Of a stretch of DNA of 60,128 nt, positions 27,769-37,453 are shown piece after piece; position 1 is the stretch's first letter; each line of letters begins with the position of its first letter. Source of the stretch: Longimicrobiales bacterium (GTDB lineage Bacteria > Gemmatimonadota > Gemmatimonadetes > Longimicrobiales > Gaopeijiaceae). The stretch lies in contig JAVVFC010000001.1 of the NCBI GenBank assembly GCA_032250975.1, positions 1-60,128 on the forward strand. The letters are read 5' to 3'. Under the pieces are notes generated by a model, which made no database searches, was not told the origin of the DNA, and worked only from the letters and a program-made list of their open reading frames with translations. The translations under genes were made by a program, and so were the position numbers.

Positions 27769-30488
27769 GAGCCGACGCTCCAGGCCGGGGTCTCGTCCGG
27801 ACCGTACACGATGCGGGCGGCCCGCCGCACGTCGTCGGCGGACTGCAGGATCTTGCCCCGCAACCGGGGCGGATAGTCGGGGTGAGCGGCGAGGAAGTCG
27901 GCCACCGTGGTCCAGACCTCCGGGGTGTTGTGATTCCCGAGCAGGGCGTCCAGCCATCGCCCGGGGAAGAAGATGTCGCCGGTGCGCTGGATCTCCTCGA
28001 CCAGCGCGAGACCGGCGGGCACGAACGTGGCGCCATGCGCGCGGCGCAGGGGGTGCTGCAGGTGGCCGAGGGCGGCGAGCACCCAGGGCTCACGCTCCCG
28101 GTTGGCGGGCTCCGCGAGCGAGGCGAAGAACGCCTCCCGCACGGCGGCATCCGCCGAGAGCGCCGGACGCACGAAGCGGAATCGGTCCTTCCGGTCCGGG
28201 TTGCGGATGCGCGCGAACTGGGCGTCCAGGATCGCCTCGCCGTCCGCCACGCCGCGCAGCGCCAGCGCCTCGGCCAGCTGGATCTCGCGCGCCTCGGAGA
28301 GGGGCACGCCCGGGACCTCCTCCTCGCCCGCCCAGATCCGCCGCAGCCGGTCCACCCCGGCGGGGGTGCCGACCACACGCGTCCACGCCTGGAAGTAGGC
28401 CGCCCGCCCGGTATCGCTCCCGGCGGAGCGGACCCCCGCGAGCAGCACCCGCTCGACCTCCGGGGCCACCGCCTGCCGCTCCTCCTCCGGGAGCAGGGTC
28501 CAGAAGATGCGCCCGACCAGCCCCAGGATCTGTCCGGTCAGGAGTTCGTCCCGTTCGCCGGGAAGCGTGGCCAGCGCGAGCTCCAGCAGGCGCCGGGGTG
28601 CGACCTGCTCCTCGAGCAGCGCGTCCTGCAACAGCAGCCATGCCCCGCCCCGCAGGACCGCCTCCTCGAGGGCCGGCAGGTCCTCCATGAGGGCGGAGAG
28701 CGGGTCCTCTTCCAGCAGGAAGAGTCCGTACTCGATCCCGGCACCGGTGGGGAGGACCCACCGGGGGGACCGCCCGCGCCAGGCCTCCACCTCGGCGGTG
28801 CCGTCCTCGAGGGCCACGTTGGCGCGCTCCAGTCCGCCAGGGAAGGCACCCACCAGCTCCAGGGTCTGCGGCCACCTTCGACCACGCCCCCAGGCGTCCT
28901 CCTGGGTGAGCAGGATCCGGGCCGGCTCCGGCCCCGGCTCGGCGATCTCCAGACGGACGGTCGGGCGGCCGGGCTCTTCCACCCAGACCCGGCTCCACGA
29001 GGCCAGGTCGGCGGGAGCGCGCGCGTCCAGGATGTCCACCAGCTCGGGCCAGGAGGCGTTGCCGTAGCGGTTGACGTCCAGATACTCCCGCAGCCCGTCC
29101 CGGAAGGTCTCCTCGCCCACGGTGCGCTCCAGGTGGGCCATGACCACGGGGGCCTTCTGGTAGATGATGGCGCCGTAGAGGGTGCCGGCCTGCTGCAGGT
29201 TCTCGAGGGGCTGGCGGACGGGGTTGGCGCCCGGGGTGCGGTCCACGCCGTAGGCGGCCGGGTGGTGCGCCAGCAGGAACCGCAGGCGGTGGTCCACGTC
29301 CGGGAAGGAGGGGTGCACGATCCTGGCCGCCATGAAGTTGGCGAACACCTCCTTGGTCCAGACGTCGTCGAACCAGCGCATGGTGACCAGATCGCCGAAC
29401 CACATGTGTGCGGTCTCGTGGGCGATGAGACTGGCCCGTCCCAGCAGGTCCGCCTGGGTGGGGGCCTCATCCAGCATGAGCGACGACTGGCGGTAGAAGA
29501 CCGACCCCGGGTGCTCCATCCCGCCGTACTGGAACGGCGGCAGGAGCACGAAGTCGAACTTCTGGAAGGGGTAGTTGAGCCCGGTGTAGTCCTGAAGCCA
29601 GGTGAGCGCGGTGTGGTGCAGATCGAAGATGGCGTCCCGGTTGCGGGCGACCACGTCCGGGTCCGTCTCCCGGTGGTACATGGTGAAGTGGAACCCCCCG
29701 CGCGCGCCCGTCTCGACCTGGAAGCGCCCAGCCGCAAAGGCCATCAGGTAGGTGGAGATGGGGCGCGATGGGCGGAAGGCGTAGCGGCGCGGCCCGGGCG
29801 CGGGTGGCGCCCCGGGTGGCTCGGCCAGCTCCGGGTGCACGCTCGCACCCGCGAGGTCGTCGGGGATGAGGGGGTTCACCCCCGCCGGAGGCCCGTTGGC
29901 CACCGCCACCCACCCCTCGGGCACAGTGAGCTCCCACGAGACGCGCGCCTTCAGATCCGGCTGATCGAAGACCGGGAGGGAGAAGTGGGCCCGGTCCGGC
30001 ACGAAGAGCGTGTAGAGGAAGTCGTCGGAGCGATTGAGCGCATCGTCTCCGGCGCGGTAGGCGAGTTCCACCTCGTTGGGGCCCGGGCGGAGCACGGAGG
30101 CTGGAAGGACCACGTGGTCTGCCTCGGCCCGCCACGCCGCCGCGGTGCCGTTCACCCGCACGGTATCGACCCGCTCCGCGGGGTCCTTGAAGTCGAGCAC
30201 CACGTCGCGGCGCTCGGGATCGGACCAGGTGAAGGTGACCCTGCTGCGGCCCCGGATGGGGGCCTCCCGCTCCGCGGGGATCTCGAGGGCCGTGTGGTAG
30301 GCGACCTCGCTCAGGGTGCGGGCGCGGTGCTGCGCGAGCGTCCAGGGAATCCCCGCCTCCACCGGGGGCGGGGGGGGCTCGGCACATGCCGCCACCAGGA
30401 TCCCGAATGCGATCGCGACCGCCAGCGCGGTGGGCGACGCCGAGGTGCGGCGGTGGAGGCGGGCACGGGAGGGCGGACGGGTGGGCAT
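27765..30488 (-). CDS. M1-family Zn aminopeptidase (PepN-like), probable lipoprotein
   Basis: GGMEH, HETAHMWFGDLVT..W..E, IYQKAP; VAAC lipobox. Confidence 0.93.
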   Translation of the reverse strand: MPTRPPSRARLHRRTSASPTALAVAIAFGILVAACAEPPPPPVEAGIPWTLAQHRARTLSEVAYHTALEIPAEREAPIRGRSRVTFTWSDPERRDVVLDFKDPAERVDTVRVNGTAAAWRAEADHVVLPASVLRPGPNEVELAYRAGDDALNRSDDFLYTLFVPDRAHFSLPVFDQPDLKARVSWELTVPEGWVAVANGPPAGVNPLIPDDLAGASVHPELAEPPGAPPAPGPRRYAFRPSRPISTYLMAFAAGRFQVETGARGGFHFTMYHRETDPDVVARNRDAIFDLHHTALTWLQDYTGLNYPFQKFDFVLLPPFQYGGMEHPGSVFYRQSSLMLDEAPTQADLLGRASLIAHETAHMWFGDLVTMRWFDDVWTKEVFANFMAARIVHPSFPDVDHRLRFLLAHHPAAYGVDRTPGANPVRQPLENLQQAGTLYGAIIYQKAPVVMAHLERTVGEETFRDGLREYLDVNRYGNASWPELVDILDARAPADLASWSRVWVEEPGRPTVRLEIAEPGPEPARILLTQEDAWGRGRRWPQTLELVGAFPGGLERANVALEDGTAEVEAWRGRSPRWVLPTGAGIEYGLFLLEEDPLSALMEDLPALEEAVLRGGAWLLLQDALLEEQVAPRRLLELALATLPGERDELLTGQILGLVGRIFWTLLPEEERQAVAPEVERVLLAGVRSAGSDTGRAAYFQAWTRVVGTPAGVDRLRRIWAGEEEVPGVPLSEAREIQLAEALALRGVADGEAILDAQFARIRNPDRKDRFRFVRPALSADAAVREAFFASLAEPANREREPWVLAALGHLQHPLRRAHGATFVPAGLALVEEIQRTGDIFFPGRWLDALLGNHNTPEVWTTVADFLAAHPDYPPRLRGKILQSADDVRRAARIVYGPDETPAWSVGS

Positions 30489-30518
30489 GGGGCGCTCCGG
30501 GCGGGGGATGGGCCCCGT

Positions 30519-30547
30519 AGGATGCCGCGCCCCAGATCCGGTGTAAA
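30519..30547 (-). promoter_or_regulatory. Putative promoter of the aminopeptidase-PPIase operon
   Basis: TTTACA-N17-CATCCT. Confidence 0.5.
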
Positions 30548-30559
30548 GCGGGCCCTGCG

Positions 30560-32887
30560 CTACAGGATGGCGTCCAGGTAGAGGTCGACCCGGAATTGTC
30601 GCTCGGGGCCGCGCAGGCCGTGCGAGAGGTCCAGGCGGATCAGCCCGTCCAGGATGCTCCCGCCCACGCCCACGCCGTAGAGCAGGTCGCCGGCATCGAA
30701 GTCGTCCCGGTCACCGGCCCACGCGGCGTCCGTGAACGCGGAAAGCGTGCCCACGTCCAGCACCCGCGCCGCCTCCAGGCGCCCTCGCACGAAGGTCGGA
30801 CCGAAGCGGGCGGATGCCGGATAGCCGCGCAGCGTGGTCGGCCCGCCCAGGAACCAGTTCCGCTGCACGGGGGCGTCGCCGAACGTGGTGCCGCCCCCCG
30901 CTTCCACGCCCACGCGCCAGCGGGCGTCGGCCACCGGTACCACCACGCGCGCGACCGCGGAGGCGCGCACGAACTCGTCGGAACCAGCGTCGCCGGGCAC
31001 ACGCCACGCCGCGCCCTGGCCGTAGAGTTCCAGCCCCACCTGGGGCAGGAGCGGGTCCGTGCCCCACCAGGGCGCGAGCCGGAACTCCCCCCCCGCCTCG
31101 TCGAGGCGCGCCGCGGTCAGGTTGGGTCGGAAGATCCCTTCCCCGCCCCAGTCTCGGAAGAGCGCGAAGTCGGTTTTCTTGGAGAGCGATGCGTGCCGCT
31201 CGCCGTACAGGCGCACCTCCCACCAGGCCCGGCTGGCCTCGGGCGGGCGCAGGGTGAGGTCGAGCCCGGTCGCGCGGAAGTATTCGCCGTCGTCGCGGCC
31301 GAAGAGGAGGGCGTTCACCGAGTTGCCGACCTCCAGGTGGCGCGCCCCAGGCTCCACCGCCCGCACCTCACGGTAAAGGCCGAGCGCCGCCCGGCGGCGG
31401 AGCGTGGCGCGCTCCAGCTGCAGGCGCGCCTTGGGCTCCAGGTCGGCCAGCCCGAGGAAACCGGTCAGGGAGAGGTCGAGCGGACCGGTGAGGCCACCCC
31501 CGGTTCGGGCCTGAAGGCGGGCGCCCACGGCGGGCCCCTCCACGCGGTTGTAGCGGAGCAGGTCGGGGCGGTGCCACCCCCAGTTGGCCGCCCAGAGGAC
31601 CCCGGGCGACGGGGGCTCGGGGAGGTCCGCAAGCGCCCGGAACATCTGCTCCAGCTCGGCCGGGTCCGCGAATCCGGGCGCGTCCTCCCAGATAGGGGGC
31701 GGCAGGTCGGGACTGGCGGCGATCCGGCTCCGGTCCTCCGGCACGAGCAGACGCGTGGCCCGCGAGTCGCGGGCCCCCTCCGTGGCGGGGAGGGGCTCGT
31801 AGGGCACCGCGTCCCGATCCGAGAGAAGCTCGGCGATGAATGCCATGGCCTCGGCCCGGGAGGCAAAGTGCCGCTCGGTGAGCCCCGGCGCCCGCCCCGA
31901 GTCGAGCGCCGCCCGGAGCGCCCGGGCCTCCGCGTCCGCCTCCTCCGCGGTGGTGACCGACTCGATGCGGTAGGCGATGTCCATGCGAACCGGGAACTTG
32001 AGGATGCCGGCCGCCGCCTCGCCCTCGACCCGCATGGTGCGGGGGAGCCAGGTCTGGAAGTCCCACAGGCCATACTCGATGGCGACCATCCGCAGATCGA
32101 ACGTCCACGGCTTGAGGATGCCCGGCACCCGCCGGAATTCGCCCGCCTCGTCCTCCTCCCGCAGCTCGGGAATGTCCCGCAGGGCGTCGAACCGCCGGCT
32201 CAGACGGTAGACGGCCTGCACCAGCGCCCCGGAGGTGGGATCGATCCAGAGGGCGCCGCTGATGCGGTGCACGTCGGCCTCGCGCGGGAGGACGTCCAGG
32301 CGTACAGTGCGCAGAGTCCGCCCGTCCGGGAGGCTCAGAGTGAGGGTGTCCCCGCTCCGGTACCGGTACAGGGTGTCGGCCCCGGGCGCCAGCGGGTGCG
32401 CGACCCAGAACTCCTCCTGGGAGGGCTCGAAGACGGAGCTCTCGCTGTCCTCCTCCGGGCGTGCTCCGAAGAAGAGGCGGTCGCCCCCCGGCTCGAAGGG
32501 CGCATCGAAGGCCAGGTCGTCGAGCCAGTTCAGGTCGCCCTCGCGCACCGCCGACTCCCGCCCCGGGTAGCGGGAGTTCGCACCCAGCACCTGCACCAGG
32601 GCGTCGTGGTCCCGGTCCCAGAAGGCGCGCACGGCGGTCTCGTTGCGGTAGAGGGTGCGGTCCTTCAGGGGCAGCCGCAGATCGGCCGCGATGCGCTGCT
32701 GGATGAGGGCGGTGTAGCGCGCCACGGAGGCGTCCACTTCCTGCCACGCCGTGCGGGCCGCGGCGTGCACCTCCGCGGCAACCGGATCGAGGTACGCATC
32801 GGAGGCCTGGGCGGCGCCTGTGCGGGGCATCCCGGCAGAGACCAGGAGCAGGATTGCCGAGGTGAACCCCCGGTTGCACAGCGTCAC
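30560..32887 (-). CDS. Hypothetical outer-membrane protein with C-terminal Omp85/BamA-like barrel
   Basis: Signal peptide; RYNRVEG, LGGPTTLRGY, YGVGVGGSILDGLIRLDLS, terminal FRVDLYLDAIL; GTGA overlap. Confidence 0.7.
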   Translation of the reverse strand: MTLCNRGFTSAILLLVSAGMPRTGAAQASDAYLDPVAAEVHAAARTAWQEVDASVARYTALIQQRIAADLRLPLKDRTLYRNETAVRAFWDRDHDALVQVLGANSRYPGRESAVREGDLNWLDDLAFDAPFEPGGDRLFFGARPEEDSESSVFEPSQEEFWVAHPLAPGADTLYRYRSGDTLTLSLPDGRTLRTVRLDVLPREADVHRISGALWIDPTSGALVQAVYRLSRRFDALRDIPELREEDEAGEFRRVPGILKPWTFDLRMVAIEYGLWDFQTWLPRTMRVEGEAAAGILKFPVRMDIAYRIESVTTAEEADAEARALRAALDSGRAPGLTERHFASRAEAMAFIAELLSDRDAVPYEPLPATEGARDSRATRLLVPEDRSRIAASPDLPPPIWEDAPGFADPAELEQMFRALADLPEPPSPGVLWAANWGWHRPDLLRYNRVEGPAVGARLQARTGGGLTGPLDLSLTGFLGLADLEPKARLQLERATLRRRAALGLYREVRAVEPGARHLEVGNSVNALLFGRDDGEYFRATGLDLTLRPPEASRAWWEVRLYGERHASLSKKTDFALFRDWGGEGIFRPNLTAARLDEAGGEFRLAPWWGTDPLLPQVGLELYGQGAAWRVPGDAGSDEFVRASAVARVVVPVADARWRVGVEAGGGTTFGDAPVQRNWFLGGPTTLRGYPASARFGPTFVRGRLEAARVLDVGTLSAFTDAAWAGDRDDFDAGDLLYGVGVGGSILDGLIRLDLSHGLRGPERQFRVDLYLDAIL

Positions 32888-34176
32888 CGTTCCGTCCCCC
32901 CCGCCCGGAAGTGCACCTCGGCCAGCGCCTCCCAGGGCACCAGCGTCCAATGCCGTCCGCCCTCCGCATCGGTCGGGGTGCCCACCAGGACCCCGCGGTT
33001 CTCCGGGCCCACGTCGTTGGACCCGGACAGGTCCCAGCCACGTCCATCCCACAGGGTCACCGTGGCGCCGTCTTCGCGTCGCCGGATGGATGCAATCCCC
33101 CCGAATTCGATCGCCATCTCCACGCCTCCGGCGCTGCCGTCCAGCACCTCCCAGGCTCTGGCCTCGTCTGCGTCCCAGACGACCTCGCCCTCGTACACGT
33201 CGCCCGCCCGCGTGTAAACCTCGCCGACGAGCGGCCCCGAGGGAACGACCCCCGGCGGTGGTCCGGCCGGCGCCGCAGCGGGCGGGTGGAAGCGGATCCG
33301 GCGAACCCGGCTCCACGGAATCCCGACCCACCCCAGCGTCGGGTCCGAGACCCGAAGGCCCCGGCGTCGTACGTCGCGCAGGTCGCGCCCGGTCAGCGCG
33401 CGGACGTCACCGCCCACCAGGCGAGCCTCGGCGGCCTCCCCGCCAACCTCCTCCCGGCGCTCCACCGCCGAGACCGAGGCGAAGGGGAGTCCTCCGCGGC
33501 CGGCCGCCAGCGTGTCGGAGGTCGTCAGCCCGGCGCGCCCCCAGCCCAGGTAGCCGGTGAAGGTCCGACCCTCCACATCCTGCACGGAGCCGTGCAGGCG
33601 GACGTCAGGCGCCGCCGGGCCCGTGCCCTCCCCGTCCACCTCCCCATCCAGGACGATCCGGGCCACGTCGGCCCAGGCCAGCACGATGCGCCCTCCCGCG
33701 GGCGGCTCGACCTCGACCACGCGCTCCGAGCGCGCGAGGCCGGCAGGTGCGCGGAAGGGCACCACCTCGCCCCAGCGGAGGGCCACCTCGACCCCCCCGT
33801 CCTCTCCGGGCCGAAGCTCCGCGATGTGGGCGAACCGGACCTCGGCCGCTCTCCGTGCGCCGAAGTCCTCGTCCTCCTCCGGCCAGGAGATCCGATACCC
33901 CTCGACCTCCAGCACGCGCAGAGGCGGCAGGGTATCCCGATCCTGCGCCTGTCGCCACGCCACCACCCGCTCCCGGGGAACGGGGCGCGTTCCCGTCAGC
34001 GCGTCCGCCCACACCGCCGCTTCCCCGCCCCAGCGCAGGTAGCCGCGGTGGAGGGTGCCGTCGCGGGCCTCCACGGTCCCGTACAGCCGGGGGGATCCCT
34101 GCCCGGCGACGGCCGGGGGCAGTGCGCCCGCGCCCGCCAACAGGAGGACTCCCACCAGCGCCGCCCCTGGGTGCAT
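32884..34176 (-). CDS. Exported hypothetical protein with three internal repeats of about 130 aa
   Basis: Signal peptide; repeats LYGTVEARDG..GYLRWG / LHGSVQDVEG..GYLGWG / LVGEVYTRAG..GEVVWD. Confidence 0.75.
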   Translation of the reverse strand: MHPGAALVGVLLLAGAGALPPAVAGQGSPRLYGTVEARDGTLHRGYLRWGGEAAVWADALTGTRPVPRERVVAWRQAQDRDTLPPLRVLEVEGYRISWPEEDEDFGARRAAEVRFAHIAELRPGEDGGVEVALRWGEVVPFRAPAGLARSERVVEVEPPAGGRIVLAWADVARIVLDGEVDGEGTGPAAPDVRLHGSVQDVEGRTFTGYLGWGRAGLTTSDTLAAGRGGLPFASVSAVERREEVGGEAAEARLVGGDVRALTGRDLRDVRRRGLRVSDPTLGWVGIPWSRVRRIRFHPPAAAPAGPPPGVVPSGPLVGEVYTRAGDVYEGEVVWDADEARAWEVLDGSAGGVEMAIEFGGIASIRRREDGATVTLWDGRGWDLSGSNDVGPENRGVLVGTPTDAEGGRHWTLVPWEALAEVHFRAGGTER

Positions 34177-34275
34177 TGCTCGCTCTCCACGGTGTCCGGA
34201 ATCCGGGGGCATCCGCCCCGTACCCGACCTTGTACGGCTTCGGGGGCGGCCGGGTTTCGATATATCTTCCGCGCC

Positions 34276-35343
34276 ATGTCCTCCCACTCCACTCCCACGC
34301 CGCCGGCCCCGGAGGCGCCCGCGTTGCCGCCCGAGGCGCTGCCGGATGCCTTCCGCCCGCCGGTGTGGGCCCGCAATCCCCACCTGCAGACCCTGGCCGG
34401 CAAGTATCTTCGCCCGGAGCCCGACCTGCCCCTGGGGCGCGAGCGCTGGGAAACGGCGGACGGGGACTTCCTGGATCTGGACTTCCTCCCCGACGGAGGC
34501 GGCCCGGTGGTGCTGGTGCTGCACGGGCTGGAGGGTCACACACGCCGTCGCTACATGCTGAACACCTTCAGCGTGCTGGGGGCCGCCGGATTCGCCTGCG
34601 TGGGCCTCAACTTCCGCTCCTGCTCCGGCGAGCCGAACCGGACTCCGCGCGCCTACCATTCGGGCGAAACCGGGGATCTCGCGCTGGTGATGGAGCGGCT
34701 GCGCGCGCGCTTTCCCAACCGGGCGCTGGCGGTGGTGGGCTTCTCGCTGGGGGGGAACATGCTGCTCAAGTACCTGGGGGAGCGCGGCCACGACCCGCCC
34801 GCCCTCCCGTCCCGCGCGGGTCCGCTTCCCGATGCCGCGGTCGCGGTGTCGGTTCCGTTCGATCTGGCGGCCGGCGCCGACCTCCTCGGCCGCTCCGCCA
34901 TGGGACGGGCCTACACCCGCTATTTCCTCTCCTCCCTGCGGGAAAAGGCGCGGCGCAAGGCGCACCTGCTCCGGGACCACGTCCCGCTGGATGCACTCGA
35001 GCGGGTACGCACGCTGCGGGGCTTCGACGACCTCCTCACGGCGCCCGTGCACGGCTTTCGCGACGCGGACGACTACTACGCGCGGTGCAGCTCGGGGCCC
35101 TTTCTGCCCGCCATCCGCACGCCCACGCTGGTGCTGCACGCCGTGGACGACCCCTTTCTGCCGGCCACATGCATCCCGCGCGCGGCGCTCACCTCCAACC
35201 CGTGGCTGCACCCGGTGCTCCCGGAGCGGGGCGGTCACGTAGGGTTCGTGCGGGGCTCGGTGCGACGCCCGCACTTCTGGGGCGAGGCCGCCACGGTCGG
35301 CTTTCTGACAGTCCTCCTCGCCGGATCCGGGCGGGGGGGATAA
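34276..35343 (+). CDS. YheT-family alpha/beta hydrolase
   Basis: NPHLQT, DGDFLDLD, LHGLEG, FRSCSG, GFSLGG, DDPF, GGHVGF. Confidence 0.92.
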   Translation: MSSHSTPTPPAPEAPALPPEALPDAFRPPVWARNPHLQTLAGKYLRPEPDLPLGRERWETADGDFLDLDFLPDGGGPVVLVLHGLEGHTRRRYMLNTFSVLGAAGFACVGLNFRSCSGEPNRTPRAYHSGETGDLALVMERLRARFPNRALAVVGFSLGGNMLLKYLGERGHDPPALPSRAGPLPDAAVAVSVPFDLAAGADLLGRSAMGRAYTRYFLSSLREKARRKAHLLRDHVPLDALERVRTLRGFDDLLTAPVHGFRDADDYYARCSSGPFLPAIRTPTLVLHAVDDPFLPATCIPRAALTSNPWLHPVLPERGGHVGFVRGSVRRPHFWGEAATVGFLTVLLAGSGRGG

Positions 35344-35417
35344 ACTTCGGACGACCGCCGCCGGGGGGTGTCGTCCTCGGCCGACGATCCATACCACCCC
35401 CGACTGGAGAAGAGGCG

Positions 35418-36989
35418 TTGAGCACCGACCACCACGAGCGGAGCTTTTTCGGGCACCCCCAGGGGCTCTCCACCCTGTTCTTCACCGAGATGTGGGAGCG
35501 CTTCTCGTACTACGGGATGCGGGCGCTGCTCATCCTCTTCATGACCACGGAGACCACCCACGTCATCCGGGACGCGGCCGGCAACGCCGTGCGCGAGAAT
35601 CCGGGCATGGGGCTCGACGTGGCCACCGCGGCGGCCATCTACGGCCTTTACACCTCGCTCGTCTACATCATGTCGCTCCCGGGCGGCTGGGTGGCCGACA
35701 ACCTCTGGGGGCAGCGCAAGGCGGTCTGGGTGGGTGGCTGGATCATCGCGGCCGGGCACTTCACGATGGCCGCGCCCACCCTCACCTTCGGGCTGGTCCA
35801 CGGTCCCTCGGCGGACTTCACCTTCTTCCTGGGGCTGGTCCTCATCGTCCTCGGCACCGGCCTCCTCAAGCCCAACGTCTCCACGGTGGTGGGCGACCTC
35901 TACCCCGAGGGCGGGGCGCGTCGTGATGCCGGCTTCTCGATCTTCTACATGGGGATCAACATCGGCGCGCTGGCCGGTCCGATCATCACCGGAATCCTCG
36001 GCGAGGGGTACAACTGGCACTGGGGTTTCGGGGCCGCGGGCGTGGGCATGGCGTTCGGCCTCCTGCAGTATCGCGTTGGCATGGCGAAGATGGGGGATGC
36101 GGGCCTGCTCAAGTCCACCGAGACGCCGGAGCGGATCGCGGCCCTCACCCGCCGCTTCTTCGGGGTCTTCTCCGGAGGACTGGCCGTCGTGGTCGTCTTC
36201 GGGTTCCTGGTCGCCAACGGCGCCATCCCCCTCACGCTGACCCAGATCGCCTCGTATCTGGGGAGCGGCGTGCTCGTCCTCGTCTTTCTCTACTTCGTCT
36301 ACCTCTGGTTCGCCGGGGGGCACACGCCCGACGAGAACAAGCGGCTGGGGGTGATCTTCTGGCTATTCATCCTTATCGCCGTCTTCTGGTCCGGGTTCGA
36401 GCAGGCCGGCTCCTCGCTCAACCTCTTCGCGCAGGATCTCACCGACCGGCGCATCCCCTCGTGGATCCCCATCCTCGGGAACGAGGTCCCGGCTTCGCTC
36501 CTCCAGTCCATCAATCCGCTCTTCATCATCGTGCTGGCGCCCGTCTTCGGATCGATCTGGGTCTGGCTGGAGAAGCGCCAGGTGAACCCCTCCATCCCCA
36601 TGAAGGCGGGGCTCGGCCTGATCGGGCTGGCGATGGGCTTCTTCGTCCTATCCTGGGGCGCGGCCAACGCCACCTCCGACACGCTGGTCACCCCGGCCTG
36701 GCTGATCGTCACGTACTTCCTGCACACCGCCGGGGAGCTCACCATCTCTCCCGTGGGGCTGAGCGCCATCACCAAGCTCGCCCCGGCCAAGCGGGTCGGG
36801 CAGATGATGGGGATCTGGTTCGTGGGCGCGGCGCTCGGCAATCTTATCGCAGGGCTGGTCGCGGGTCAGCTGGAGAGCCTGGCACCCTTCGCGCTCTTCC
36901 GCACCGTGGCGCTCATCACGGGCGGGGTGGGCATCTTCGCCGTGCTGGTGAGTCCAGCGGTGCGGCGACTGATGGGCGAGGTGCGATGA
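35418..36989 (+). CDS. POT/PTR family di/tripeptide:H+ symporter
   Basis: FFGHPQGL, EMWERFSYYGMR, GLLKPN, FYMGINIG, GELTISPVGLS; TTG start. Confidence 0.95.
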   Translation: MSTDHHERSFFGHPQGLSTLFFTEMWERFSYYGMRALLILFMTTETTHVIRDAAGNAVRENPGMGLDVATAAAIYGLYTSLVYIMSLPGGWVADNLWGQRKAVWVGGWIIAAGHFTMAAPTLTFGLVHGPSADFTFFLGLVLIVLGTGLLKPNVSTVVGDLYPEGGARRDAGFSIFYMGINIGALAGPIITGILGEGYNWHWGFGAAGVGMAFGLLQYRVGMAKMGDAGLLKSTETPERIAALTRRFFGVFSGGLAVVVVFGFLVANGAIPLTLTQIASYLGSGVLVLVFLYFVYLWFAGGHTPDENKRLGVIFWLFILIAVFWSGFEQAGSSLNLFAQDLTDRRIPSWIPILGNEVPASLLQSINPLFIIVLAPVFGSIWVWLEKRQVNPSIPMKAGLGLIGLAMGFFVLSWGAANATSDTLVTPAWLIVTYFLHTAGELTISPVGLSAITKLAPAKRVGQMMGIWFVGAALGNLIAGLVAGQLESLAPFALFRTVALITGGVGIFAVLVSPAVRRLMGEVR

Positions 36990-37033
36990 CGTAGCAATGG
37001 GTGGGGGACTCCGTGCGGCGGCGCATCGTACGC

Positions 37034-37063
37034 TTGACCGCCCGGGGGCCCATTCCCTACCGT
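37034..37063 (+). promoter_or_regulatory. Putative promoter of the cold-shock gene (5' leader of about 90 nt)
   Basis: TTGACC-N18-TACCGT. Confidence 0.45.
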
Positions 37064-37162
37064 TGGTCGCCCTCGCGCCCACGGGCACGTGGCCGCGCGC
37101 GGGCATGGGAATGGGCGGCTGGCGCCGTCCCGTGCAACGTTTCATTCGATGGAGCAGGAAAG

Positions 37163-37369
37163 ATGCGGACCACCGGAATGGTGAAGTGGTTCAACGACTC
37201 GAAGGGCTTCGGGTTCATCTCCCCGGAGGACGGGTCCCGAGATTGCTTCGTGCACTTCTCGGCGATCCAGGCGGACGGCTTCAAGACGCTGGCCGAGGGG
37301 GAGAGGGTCGAGTTCGACATCGTTGACGGACCCAAGGGCCCCTCGGCGGAGAACGTGGTCCGGGTCTGA
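37163..37369 (+). CDS. Cold-shock protein (CspA family)
   Basis: [15 protein letters not shown] (RNP1), CFVHFSAI (RNP2), [10 protein letters not shown]; GGAG SD. Confidence 0.97.
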   Translation: MRTTGMVKWFNDSKGFGFISPEDGSRDCFVHFSAIQADGFKTLAEGERVEFDIVDGPKGPSAENVVRV

Positions 37370-37392
37370 CGTCCGGGACTGCCGAGCACGGG

Positions 37393-37430
37393 AAGGCGCC
37401 GCTCCGAAGGATCGGAGCGGCGCCTTTCTC
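37393..37430 (+). terminator. Intrinsic terminator after the csp gene
   Basis: AAGGCGCCGCTCCG-aaggat-CGGAGCGGCGCCTT-tctc. Confidence 0.85.
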
Positions 37431-37453
37431 GTTCCCCGGCGAAGCCCGCCGGG

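Noticed and set aside
33747-36989. Apparent 1080-aa POT fusion and 810-aa hydrolase fusion
   Set aside because: Upstream parts overlap other real genes; family N-termini begin at 35418 and 34276.
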